DNA of 64,000 nt, taken from contig CAVZVA010000011.1 of the NCBI GenBank assembly GCA_963778655.1, forward strand, positions 32,001 through 96,000, given 5' to 3'. Numbering within the stretch: position 1 is the first letter of the stretch; each line of letters opens with the position of its first letter. The notes below the pieces were generated by a model. The model ran no database searches. It was not told the DNA's origin and was given only the letters and a program-made list of their open reading frames with translations. The DNA comes from an uncultured delta proteobacterium (GTDB taxonomy: Bacteria > Myxococcota_A > Polyangia > Polyangiales > JAFGIB01). The translations under genes and the position numbers were made by a program. This document shows positions 49,217 to 58,095 of this stretch, piece by piece.

Positions 49217-49548
49217 CGCGTGAGCGTCACGGCGCAGGTACCAGGCGTGCAGGTCAGCGATATCGAGGCCGCCGCGGCGGTCCCGTTGCAGCTCTGGGGC
49301 CCACTGAGGGTCACTTTCGAGTCCGGCGTCACGCGGCCCGTGAAGGCGTCGAACGGCGGGGCGAACGCGAGCGAGCAGGCCGCCTGCGTGACGTGAGCGC
49401 TCATCCCCACGAGCGAGGCGTCGCAGTGCTTGGTGACCGACCAGCTGCCCGAAAGATCAGGGCAGGTCGCGCCATCGCTGGTGCTGGATGAGCTCGAAGC
49501 GCACGCACACAGCAGGAGCAGCACGCTCATTCCGCCTCGGTTCAGCAT
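49213..49548 (-). CDS. Small Cys-containing lipoprotein
   Basis: LLCAC lipobox, Ser-rich spacer, CPDLSGSW beta domain. Confidence 0.7.
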   Translation of the reverse strand: MLNRGGMSVLLLLCACASSSSSTSDGATCPDLSGSWSVTKHCDASLVGMSAHVTQAACSLAFAPPFDAFTGRVTPDSKVTLSGPQSCNGTAAAASISLTCTPGTCAVTLTR

Positions 49549-50056
49549 GCGAGCAGTCTATCTTTCTGCCAACCCAAGCACCAGCGCTTCGAGTCGAGCA
49601 GCGCTTCTTCGCCCCTCAACCCGGAACGGGGACTCTGCCCCCACACCCTCGCTCACGCCCGCACCGCGTGCTGCTTCGACCCTCAACCGGAGCGAGGCCC
49701 CTTCGTCGACGCGCGCGTTGCATCTCTCCTCCTCCCACTCCGCGCTCCTGGGCGCGCTCAGTGAGGCAGACCGGGGAGATTCATCTGCACCTCGCAAGAC
49801 CCCGCCGAGGTACCGAGGTAGGTGATCAAGAGCGTCTTGTGATCGCTCGATCGCCAGCAAGACCAATGCCGCGAGACCACGCACGGACGCACCGTCTCAC
49901 GAGCGCACGCCACGTACGAGCGAGGCTTGCGCCAACCCTTTTGCGTGACCCGAATCGGGCGGCGGGCGCCCACTGCAGTGGGAACGCAACGCTGCAGCGG
50001 GCCCAGCGAATCGCGCTCTGAGCTGCAGCTGCGACCTCAGGTCAGAGGGATTCCGC

Positions 50057-51754
50057 ATGTACTTCCGTTTGCGTAGAGCTTGCTTGAGCGTCGCTTGGCT
50101 GCTGTCGGTTGCAGCGTGTCAGAGCTCGCCTCCGAGCGCGATGAACCAGAACGGCTTCGGCGCGCCAGGCGCGTCCGGCGCATCCCCGACGCAGGTCGGC
50201 AGCATCGGAACCGGCGGTAACCCGGCGAGCAACTTCGGAGGCGGTGTTGGCGGCACGGGAGCGGCAAGCCCGCCGTCCGGCGCTGGGGCGCCCAACACGG
50301 GGTCCGGCAGCGGCGGTCCGGGCGCGGTCGGTGCGGGCGGCATGTCCGGCACAGCCGCCGGCGGTATGGGCAATCCGCTCGACGTCGGCAACTACTTCCA
50401 ATCCGGCGCGTGGCAAGGCTACGTGTGGACCTCGGCCAACGGCGCGGGCTCGACCATCTCGCCGATGGATTTCGGCAGCCAGAGCACCGGCATGCCGCGT
50501 TGCGTTCGAGGCACGGTCGCGGCGACCGCGGACTACAGCGGTACGGCGATTCTCGGCTTCAATCTCAGCGAGGGCAACGGCGCCACCATGGCGACGGTGA
50601 CGCCGGTGAAGAACGGGGTGATGATCGACGTGACCAACAACGCCGGTTCGCCGCTCCGCTTTCAGGTGAAATCGGCGGCCACGGGCGGCACGGAGTGGTG
50701 CACGGACCTGACGGGATCCGGCGGGTTCGTCCCGTGGACCAGCCTGCGCACCAGCTGCTGGGACAACAGCGGCACGGCGTACAACCGCGAGCCGATCGCA
50801 GCGGCGATGGTGCTGGTGCCCGGCAGCAATACGGCGGCGGTGCCGTTCGATTTCTGCGTCAACAGCCTGGTCGAGGCGGACGCGCCCGCCGGCGGCAGCG
50901 GCGGCACGGCAGGCGCAGCGGGGATGGGCGGTACCAGCGGCGGCACGGGCGGTAGCGCAAGCGCAGGCACCGGCGGCAGCACGGGCTCGGGCGGGCCCAC
51001 GGTGCCCCCGCTGCAAAACGGTTGCCCGGGCTACGCCACGCGCTACTGGGACTGCTGCAAGCCCCATTGCGGCTGGTCCGCCAACGCCCCGTCTGGGCCG
51101 CTCACGGCATGCGATCAGTCTGACAACAGCTTGGGCGGCAACTACGACGCGGCCAACGCATGCACGGGGGGCGCCGCGTTCATGTGCCATAGCAATGCGC
51201 CGTGGGCCGTCAGCGATCGGCTGGCGTACGGGTTTGCCGCGGTCGCGGCCAGCAGCGGCAGCGACATCTGCGGCAAGTGTTATCAGCTCGACTTCACGGG
51301 CTCCTCCCAGAACCAATCCGACCCGGGCTCGGCGGCGCTGGCCGGCAAGACGATGATCGTCCAAGCCGTCAACATCGGCGGCGACGTCGGCGGCGGCCAG
51401 TTCGACCTCGCCATTCCCGGCGGCGGAGTCGGCGCGTTCAACGCGTGCTCCACGCAGTGGGGTGCGCTGCCGTCCGCGCTCGGCGCGCAGTACGGCGGCT
51501 TCTTGGCCGACTGCAAGCAGCAGGTCAGCGCCACGGACCTACAGGCCATCAAGACCTGCGTGATGCAGAAGTGCTCGAGCGTCTTCGACCAGAAGGGCCT
51601 CACGGAGCTCGCCGACGGCTGTCATTGGTTCGTCGACTGGTTCCAGGCCGCCGACAACCCGACTCTGAAGTACGCAGAGGTCGCGTGTCCGAGCGAGCTC
51701 ATGGATCGCGGGATGCGCCGCGGCGGTGGCGGGGGTGGAGCGTGCCTGCCCTGA
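50057..51754 (+). CDS. Glycoside hydrolase family 45 endoglucanase lipoprotein with an extra middle domain
   Basis: VAAC lipobox; ATRYWDCCKPHCGW, CGKCYQL, KTMIVQ, FDLAIPGGGVG, GCHWFVDW. Confidence 0.92.
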   Translation: MYFRLRRACLSVAWLLSVAACQSSPPSAMNQNGFGAPGASGASPTQVGSIGTGGNPASNFGGGVGGTGAASPPSGAGAPNTGSGSGGPGAVGAGGMSGTAAGGMGNPLDVGNYFQSGAWQGYVWTSANGAGSTISPMDFGSQSTGMPRCVRGTVAATADYSGTAILGFNLSEGNGATMATVTPVKNGVMIDVTNNAGSPLRFQVKSAATGGTEWCTDLTGSGGFVPWTSLRTSCWDNSGTAYNREPIAAAMVLVPGSNTAAVPFDFCVNSLVEADAPAGGSGGTAGAAGMGGTSGGTGGSASAGTGGSTGSGGPTVPPLQNGCPGYATRYWDCCKPHCGWSANAPSGPLTACDQSDNSLGGNYDAANACTGGAAFMCHSNAPWAVSDRLAYGFAAVAASSGSDICGKCYQLDFTGSSQNQSDPGSAALAGKTMIVQAVNIGGDVGGGQFDLAIPGGGVGAFNACSTQWGALPSALGAQYGGFLADCKQQVSATDLQAIKTCVMQKCSSVFDQKGLTELADGCHWFVDWFQAADNPTLKYAEVACPSELMDRGMRRGGGGGGACLP

Positions 51755-51968
51755 AGGCGTCCCCCGCGGTCACACGTCCCAACGCCGGTCTGTGCGGCGC
51801 ACGTGACCCAGGCTCCTCTCTTCCGAAGAGAACCTCTGGCGGTGGATCGAAGCCGCGCGTCGCAACCGCGAGGATCATCTGCCAGCAGCAGGCAGATGCT
51901 GGCAGCTGACCGGGCAGCCACGTGTTCCTTTCCCAGTGAGCGCCGGCGAGTTGCCGCGCGCGCACGCC

Positions 51969-53153
51969 TCACCGCCCGGTAGGTCGATCACGCGCTGGCT
52001 CGGCCAGCGTCTCCGCCAGATCGAGCAGTCCGCTGGCCGCGACCACGTTCGCCTGCCAACCCGGCTCGACGCGGTCCAGCAACAGCGCCAGGTGAAAGCC
52101 GATCGCGTAGTCGTAGGCCGGGTCGAGCTGGCGGTTCTGCATCGCCTCGTAACCACCGCCGGCGTAGCGCGCGAAGCGGTGAAAGCTCAAGTCACCCTCG
52201 ATCCCGTGCGCCGGATGCAACGCCGCGTCGACCAGGAAGCGGCTCTCCACGTAGCGCGCCAGACCCTCGAGCCCGGTGAACACGCGGTCAGCGTGCACAT
52301 ACTGCGATCCGCCGGGCAGCGCCATCAGGTAGTCGCGGCGCCGCCGGTAGCGGGCGCGCCAGCGCCGCAGGGCCCGCCGCGCTCGTGCACGCCCCGGGCC
52401 CGCGCTGGCCGCGTCCACCAGCAGCCGATACTCGCTTCGAACCAGCGCGCGATAGCGCGCGTCTCGCAGGTACAGCCCGCGCACCGCCGCGGGCGACAGC
52501 GTGCCGTCATCGATCGCGCGCAGCTCCGCTCCAAAAGCCGGGCTGCGCAGCTGCCACACATGGAACAGCTCGTGCAGCGCGACCGATAGCCACTCGTCGG
52601 TCGTGCACTGCCGGAAGTCCTCGCGCAGCGCGATCATCGTCTCCAGCGCGGCCACCCACACCGTGCCGCGACCGGGCGCGCGCCCGTCGGCTTGCGCCGG
52701 CGGAGCCACATACGCGGTCGCTACCTCGCTTCGCAGCCAGTCGCGTGTCTGCACCGTGTGCCGGCCAATCGTCAGCTGCTTGCTCACCCGCAGCGCAAGC
52801 GTCCGGTCCCCCAAGCGCTGCGGCACCGGCTCGAAGCCGGGCTCGGCCTGGTCAGCACAGCCCACCCGCCACTGCTCGTCTTCCGTCACCAGCACCACGC
52901 ACGGCAGCTCTGCGGCCAGCGCCGGCCATTGCCGCTTGAGCAACGCGCCGGCCTCGAGCAGATACTGCAGGCGCGCGCCCTGCCACGGCTCCAGCGCCGG
53001 CCGGCCTCGCGGCGGCTCGGCTCGCTGGCCCGGGCTCACCGCAGCGGGCGTCGGATGCTCGCGGGCGCGGCAGCCAGCGGCCTCTACGCCGCAGATCGCC
53101 GCCGCCCAGCACGCCCAGCCAGCCAGCGCTGCCGTCTTGGAGACCATCGCCAT
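51969..53153 (-). CDS. Secreted/lipoprotein with an HEXXH zinc-peptidase-like motif
   Basis: Likely start MAMVSK at 53153, AAGC lipobox-like, HELFHVWQ and downstream EGLARYVE (gluzincin-like third ligand). Confidence 0.65.
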   Translation of the reverse strand: MAMVSKTAALAGWACWAAAICGVEAAGCRAREHPTPAAVSPGQRAEPPRGRPALEPWQGARLQYLLEAGALLKRQWPALAAELPCVVLVTEDEQWRVGCADQAEPGFEPVPQRLGDRTLALRVSKQLTIGRHTVQTRDWLRSEVATAYVAPPAQADGRAPGRGTVWVAALETMIALREDFRQCTTDEWLSVALHELFHVWQLRSPAFGAELRAIDDGTLSPAAVRGLYLRDARYRALVRSEYRLLVDAASAGPGRARARRALRRWRARYRRRRDYLMALPGGSQYVHADRVFTGLEGLARYVESRFLVDAALHPAHGIEGDLSFHRFARYAGGGYEAMQNRQLDPAYDYAIGFHLALLLDRVEPGWQANVVAASGLLDLAETLAEPARDRPTGR

Positions 53154-53309
53154 TCCAATGAATGCGCAACCCGGCGACCGATTGTAAAGCCTCCGGTCTG
53201 GGTATTGACGGACGGCGGCCCCGACGGCACCAGCGCGGATCGCGCCCGAAGGCGAGTAGTCCCCGGTGCTGTTGTGTCCGATCCTTGCTTGGTCAGCATC
53301 ATCCCGTAC

Positions 53310-53546
53310 GAGGCTCGATGGGGCCCCGTTGACGCACATGTCTGCGATCTCGGCTGCGCCCGAGTTGAGTGTGAACGCGTCAACCGACTCGTCCCACCAG
53401 CCAAATCCGTACCAGGCGCCGTCGCTTCCTTTGACAGCAATAGGGTCGGTGTACGTCTCGTACAGCTCATGCGAGACCGCGTAGTTCGTCGATTGCAAAT
53501 CGTTGTGCTCGATTACCGAGTACACGATGGGATCCGGTGCGGACAT
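53310..53546 (-). pseudogene. Fragment of an HE-motif domain paralogous to 29828-31570
   Basis: VSHELYETYTDP...GWW...AEIADMC parallels FSHEFVEAATDP...GW...AEIADVC; no signal peptide or upstream domain. Confidence 0.55.
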
Positions 53547-54181
53547 TCGAGCGCGGCAGCCCGAACAGCCCTGCACGCAGCCTTCGCTCAGGTGCGCAAA
53601 CGTGTCCGGATGCGCACCCCGCGGCCGCAGACCTCTTCATTCACCTGCATTAGGGTGCTCGCCTCACTATGAGCGGGCGCTCCTGTTCCCGGGGTTTCCA
53701 GACTTTTTTTGCACAGCGGCCAACGGTCTCGGCGGCGGCCCGCATTGATTAGGTGAACAGAGCTTCGCACCCCAGCGGGCAGACAGGGCAGTGCAGTGCA
53801 AAGCAGTCGATGGAAAAAGGCGTCGCTGGCAATCAACGCCATCATCCGCGGTCTCGATCTCGATCAGATCGCCTTTCACTACGATGAAACGGCAGGCAGG
53901 GAGATCGAGAGCCTGGCTGACGGCCGCCCGCCTGCTGCGCACAACCTGCGCGGGGAACGGAACGCTACTCCGGACGAGCGGTCTTGATGCGACTGCGCCC
54001 CCGATCGAACGCCACCCGCCGCGCAGGCTGTGGTGAACCGAAGCTGCCCGTGTGGCGAACCCGCGGCCCGCTCGACGCCAGCTCGGACGCGTTGCTGCAA
54101 GACGATGGGCTCATCACCTTCCCAGACAACTGGGTGACGGTTCCGGACCGAAGTACGCGCCAGTGCGCCACGCAAGGAGGC

Positions 54182-55024
54182 ATGCAGATGTTGATCGGTG
54201 GGTTGCGAGCCGTGCTCGCGTTTGGGCTGCTAGCCGTGCTCGGGGGATGTGCCGGGCAGGGCCAGGACGCGGGCGATCAGTCGCGATCCAGCGCGCCATC
54301 CGGCGCGCTCGCGAGCTCCACGTCCGGCACGGATCCGGGCGCAGCCGGTAGCGGCGTTGCGGCCGGCAGCGCCGGATCGGCTGGGGCCGCCAACAATCCG
54401 GCGACGCACGACCCGCTGGCGGGCGGAACGCAAGACAACCGCGCGCCGAGCGCGGGCGGCTGTGCCGCGAACCTACCGTTCAAGCAAGCAAGCTGTCCGT
54501 GCAATACTGGCGACACTGCAGCTTGTTGGACGGGCCCGGCAGCCGATCGGAACATGGGCAAGTGCCACGACGGGCTCCAGATCTGCTCCGCTGCGGGAAG
54601 CGGCGAGTTCGCGAGCGCGACTTGGGGTCCGTGCATGGGCGAGGAGCTGAGCTGCGGCACGGACGCCGGAGCTCCACCTCCCACCGATGCAGGCGTCCCC
54701 ACGCCGCCCGAAGACTGCTCGTGCATTCCGGGCGCGATCATCCAGTGCAGCGAGGATTGCAGCGTCGGTATCGTTTGCAGCCTCACGGCGACCAAGACGT
54801 GCTTGCCCGACCACACGTGGAGCGTGTGCCGCGAGGAGACGGGAGCGACGCTCGATCTGCCAGGCGTGCAGTGTCGCAACATGCTGCACGGCTGCTTCGA
54901 CGTGCTCACGGGCGACGCGCCGGCGCAAGGTCAGGGTGAGATTTATGTCGGAGACTGCAGCAAGCAGTTTGCGTGCGGGCACGCGCCTGAGCCCGATCCG
55001 GCTTCCCTGGACCAGGCCCAGTGA
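54182..55024 (+). CDS. Cys-rich lipoprotein
   Basis: AGGAGG RBS, LGGC lipobox, CWTGP...GKCHDGLQIC...WGPCMGE Cys module. Confidence 0.8.
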   Translation: MQMLIGGLRAVLAFGLLAVLGGCAGQGQDAGDQSRSSAPSGALASSTSGTDPGAAGSGVAAGSAGSAGAANNPATHDPLAGGTQDNRAPSAGGCAANLPFKQASCPCNTGDTAACWTGPAADRNMGKCHDGLQICSAAGSGEFASATWGPCMGEELSCGTDAGAPPPTDAGVPTPPEDCSCIPGAIIQCSEDCSVGIVCSLTATKTCLPDHTWSVCREETGATLDLPGVQCRNMLHGCFDVLTGDAPAQGQGEIYVGDCSKQFACGHAPEPDPASLDQAQ

Positions 55025-55772
55025 TCGCGCGCTGTGGATCTTGCTGCTTCTGGCTGGGGCCGCTTGCCATGACAACGCCCCCAGACCCAGAACCAGCGCG
55101 CTGACCCGCTACGCGGCTCCAGAACGCTGGACTGCGGGGCAGATCTGCTCGGACCTGGGCGGGACGCGCGTGTGCTGGCGCGGCTCCGCACCGACGATCG
55201 TGGCGCGCATCCTGCCGAGCGGACCCGCGCCTCCACAGGGCTGGCGTTGCGGAGGAGATGGCCGCGACCGCGTGTGTGAAGATCGCACCCGCAACGCCAG
55301 CCGCTTCGACTGCGACACCAAGCGCTGCCTGCAGCTGCATCCGCGCATGCCCGATGACGGCGAGTGGGAGTGCGTCGAGATCAGCGGCGTCGTCTACTGT
55401 CACAGCCGCGGCGAGGCTGCGGGGATGCAGGCGGGCCCGATGGACCTGGGCTGGTTGTGCGGGCCGCGACGCGGGGCTGCGCGGGGTGAGCGAATCTGCG
55501 TCGACCTCGACGCGGACCGCCCCAACGGCGCGCATACGGGCCTGGCCCAGCGCTGCCGCTTCGAGCCGCGCTTCGGTACGCCTGCGCGCAGCTGCACGGC
55601 CGGGCAAGCGCTGCGGGTTGGCAGCCCCTGCTCGGGCTCCAGCGTGTGTCCGAACGGCAGTCGCTGCAGCGAGGGCCTGTGCTTGCCCGAGCGACCGGCG
55701 CCTGCCTGTTTCTTCGATCGAGACTGCGGCGACGGCGCGCGCTGCGTCTTCGGCAGCTGCAGAGGCGCGTAG
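54945..55772 (+). CDS. Cys-rich lipoprotein (start uncertain)
   Basis: WILLLLAGAAC lipobox, more than 15 Cys, terminal C..DRDC..GARCVFGSC module; ends 2 nt before the cytochrome ATG. Confidence 0.65.
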   Translation: MSETAASSLRAGTRLSPIRLPWTRPSDRALWILLLLAGAACHDNAPRPRTSALTRYAAPERWTAGQICSDLGGTRVCWRGSAPTIVARILPSGPAPPQGWRCGGDGRDRVCEDRTRNASRFDCDTKRCLQLHPRMPDDGEWECVEISGVVYCHSRGEAAGMQAGPMDLGWLCGPRRGAARGERICVDLDADRPNGAHTGLAQRCRFEPRFGTPARSCTAGQALRVGSPCSGSSVCPNGSRCSEGLCLPERPAPACFFDRDCGDGARCVFGSCRGA

Positions 55773-55774
55773 CG

Positions 55775-57790
55775 ATGCGCGTGCGGCCGCAGTGCTGGGC
55801 GTTCATCGCGGTCGCGGTCGCGTGCAGCAACCAGCTCGGCTGTCGCGACGTGCCGGCCAGCGACATCGTCAGATTGCGTATCCGCGGTACGACCGAGCCG
55901 ATCGTCGCTGCGGCGATCCACTACGAGCCCGCTGCCGAAGTGCTATCCGCGCGACTGAGCACGCAAGGCTGGCTCGCGATCGAACGTAGGCGCGGCGCGC
56001 ACGCGCTTACCGTCCGCGTACCCGAGCTGTGTCCCATCACGATTCCGGCGGGAAAGCAGCCGCACCCCCTGCAGCTGAGACCCGTGATCGATCTCGGCAG
56101 CGACCGTCCTCCGCTCGGCTTCGACGCGCCGTTCACGATCACGGTTCGCCACGGCTGCCCCGAACGCGGGCGGGGGCGGATCCGCTGGCGTCAGCTGGAA
56201 GGCCCGCCGCTGGCCGCGCTCTCGGTGACTGAGGATGGCTTTCGGCTGAGCGCACGTACGCCGCGCCTCGAGGCTGCGCACCCCGAGCCGCTGCCCACGA
56301 CAGGGATCGTCCCTTTCTCGCCGCGCACGCAAGGGCGCGTGGTGCTGCAAGCGAGCTGGCAAGGCCCGGGTCTGCCCTCGATCAAACGCACGCTGACAAT
56401 CCGCGCAACCTCGCGCGCGAGCGGCCTGTCGAGCGTCGCGGTCTCGCAGCGGCTCATGCTCGCGGGCACGGGATGGCGCGTGCAGAGCGCGCCCGCCGGT
56501 GGTCGCGCGCGGGTGCAACAGCAAGGAGCGCTCGTTCAGCTCACGCCCGATGCGCCGGGCCGCTGGGTGCTCGCGCGCGGGTCCGAACGACCATTGCTGT
56601 TGCAGGCGTTCTGGCACGACAAAACGCCGTACGACTGCGGGCGCAGCGAGTGCCACGCTGCGATCGCCGCCTCCACGATCGCCAGCCCGATGAGCCGTGC
56701 GTTGGAAGCGCCGCTCGGCGCGGCCAATCCGGCCGCTGTCGGCTGCATGCTCGAGTGCCACGTCCTGGGCGAGCCTGGCCTGGATGACGGAGGGTTTCTC
56801 GACGTCGCGGCCGAGCTCGACTGGACCTGGCTCGATTCCACGCGCTGGCAGGATCTGCCTCGGGCGCTGCGGCGGCTCGGTGGCGTGCGCTGCACTGCCT
56901 GCCACGGGCCGGGTGCGATCCCGGAGCCGGATGCGCGCGCGCAGATCCTTCGCAGCGATGTGTGCGCGAGCTGTCACGACGCACCGCCGGCCTACAGGCA
57001 GGTCCAGCAGTGGCGCCAATCGCGCATGGCGCGCTCCGACGCGGCGGCCAGCACGCAGCAGCCCGGGTGTGCGGGGTGCCACACCACGGCCGGCTTCCTT
57101 CACGCCATCGGCGCGCGCTCGGCGGCGCCGGTGCCGGCGCTGCAGTCCGAGCCAACCGGCATCGCGTGCGCCGCGTGCCATGCGCCGCACGCTCCACATG
57201 TCGGCGCGCGGCTGATACGTCGGCTGCCCGCGAGTGAGTCGGAGCCGGAACCGCGCATCGCTGTCTGCCTGCGCTGTCACTCGCCCATCGCAGGCGAACG
57301 ACTGCCGTCAGCATCGAGCGGTCCGCTCTGGCTCGGCAGCGTGCGCGTGCCGGCGCGCGACCGGGACGGCTGGGAGCTGGTCGCGGCGGCATCCGCTCAT
57401 CGCGCCGTGCCGGGCGGTTGCGTGGGTTGCCACGGCGCAACCGCTGCAGCCAAGGGGGGCAAGCTGGACCACTCGTTTCGCACCGATCCGCGCAGCTGTG
57501 CCGGTTGCCACGACGCGAGCGAGGCGCGAGCGCGCGGACGAGATGCGCAACGCAGCCTACAGCAACGCGCCCACGCGCTGGCGCTGCGCCTTGCCGCGGA
57601 GTGCCCAGGCCCGACGGCCGAGCTCAGCCATGCCGGCGGCGCGCGCGCGCCCTGTCGCCTCCAGCCGCTCACGCGCGCCCGCTTCGAGCTTGCGCTCGTG
57701 CTCGAAGACAAGGCCGCAGCCATTCACAATGCGGCGTTGGCGCGCAGCCTGCTGGACGACGCAGAACGTCAACTGTCGCGACGCGAATGA
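55775..57790 (+). CDS. Multiheme c-type cytochrome lipoprotein (7 CXXCH + CX3CH + CX4CH)
   Basis: AVAC lipobox; CTACH, CASCH, CAGCH, CAACH, CLRCH, CVGCH, CAGCH plus CMLECH and CGRSECH; C-terminal helices with an AIHN motif. Confidence 0.88.
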   Translation: MRVRPQCWAFIAVAVACSNQLGCRDVPASDIVRLRIRGTTEPIVAAAIHYEPAAEVLSARLSTQGWLAIERRRGAHALTVRVPELCPITIPAGKQPHPLQLRPVIDLGSDRPPLGFDAPFTITVRHGCPERGRGRIRWRQLEGPPLAALSVTEDGFRLSARTPRLEAAHPEPLPTTGIVPFSPRTQGRVVLQASWQGPGLPSIKRTLTIRATSRASGLSSVAVSQRLMLAGTGWRVQSAPAGGRARVQQQGALVQLTPDAPGRWVLARGSERPLLLQAFWHDKTPYDCGRSECHAAIAASTIASPMSRALEAPLGAANPAAVGCMLECHVLGEPGLDDGGFLDVAAELDWTWLDSTRWQDLPRALRRLGGVRCTACHGPGAIPEPDARAQILRSDVCASCHDAPPAYRQVQQWRQSRMARSDAAASTQQPGCAGCHTTAGFLHAIGARSAAPVPALQSEPTGIACAACHAPHAPHVGARLIRRLPASESEPEPRIAVCLRCHSPIAGERLPSASSGPLWLGSVRVPARDRDGWELVAAASAHRAVPGGCVGCHGATAAAKGGKLDHSFRTDPRSCAGCHDASEARARGRDAQRSLQQRAHALALRLAAECPGPTAELSHAGGARAPCRLQPLTRARFELALVLEDKAAAIHNAALARSLLDDAERQLSRRE

Positions 57791-57828
57791 CTGCACGAAG
57801 TGGAGGCGAGTTGACACGGAGCCTCCAA

Positions 57829-58017
57829 AATCAGAGCTCGCGATTCGGGATCGAATCACAAACTCTGACTTGTCCTTTGATTGTCAGGGAGTCGCACCGA
57901 CTCCCGGTGCGAGAGGCAAAGCCTCGCGCATTCACCCTCTCGCGGTGGTGCGGCATCCGCCGCACCGCTACATGACCGATCGGCACGGCCGTTCCCGAAT
58001 CGTGATCGGTCATTTAG
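57829..58017 (-). repeat. Composite palindromic repeat family C, long copy 2
   Basis: Reverse complement of 31593-31772 with substitutions and a short insertion; lies between convergent genes. Confidence 0.85.
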
Positions 58018-58095
58018 GCTTCGCAGCGCTGCAGCCCGGCGTGCTTGCGCCGCTCGAAGCCGCAGTCCCCGAGCTGAACGGAACGAGATTGGTCG

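Noticed and set aside
49558..49973. Short ORFs in the intergenic region before GH45
   Set aside because: No RBS or motif support
53580..54180. Protein-like fragments (LAINAIIRGLDLDQIAF; LLQDDGLITFPDNW)
   Set aside because: Short, unassignable and lacking proper starts
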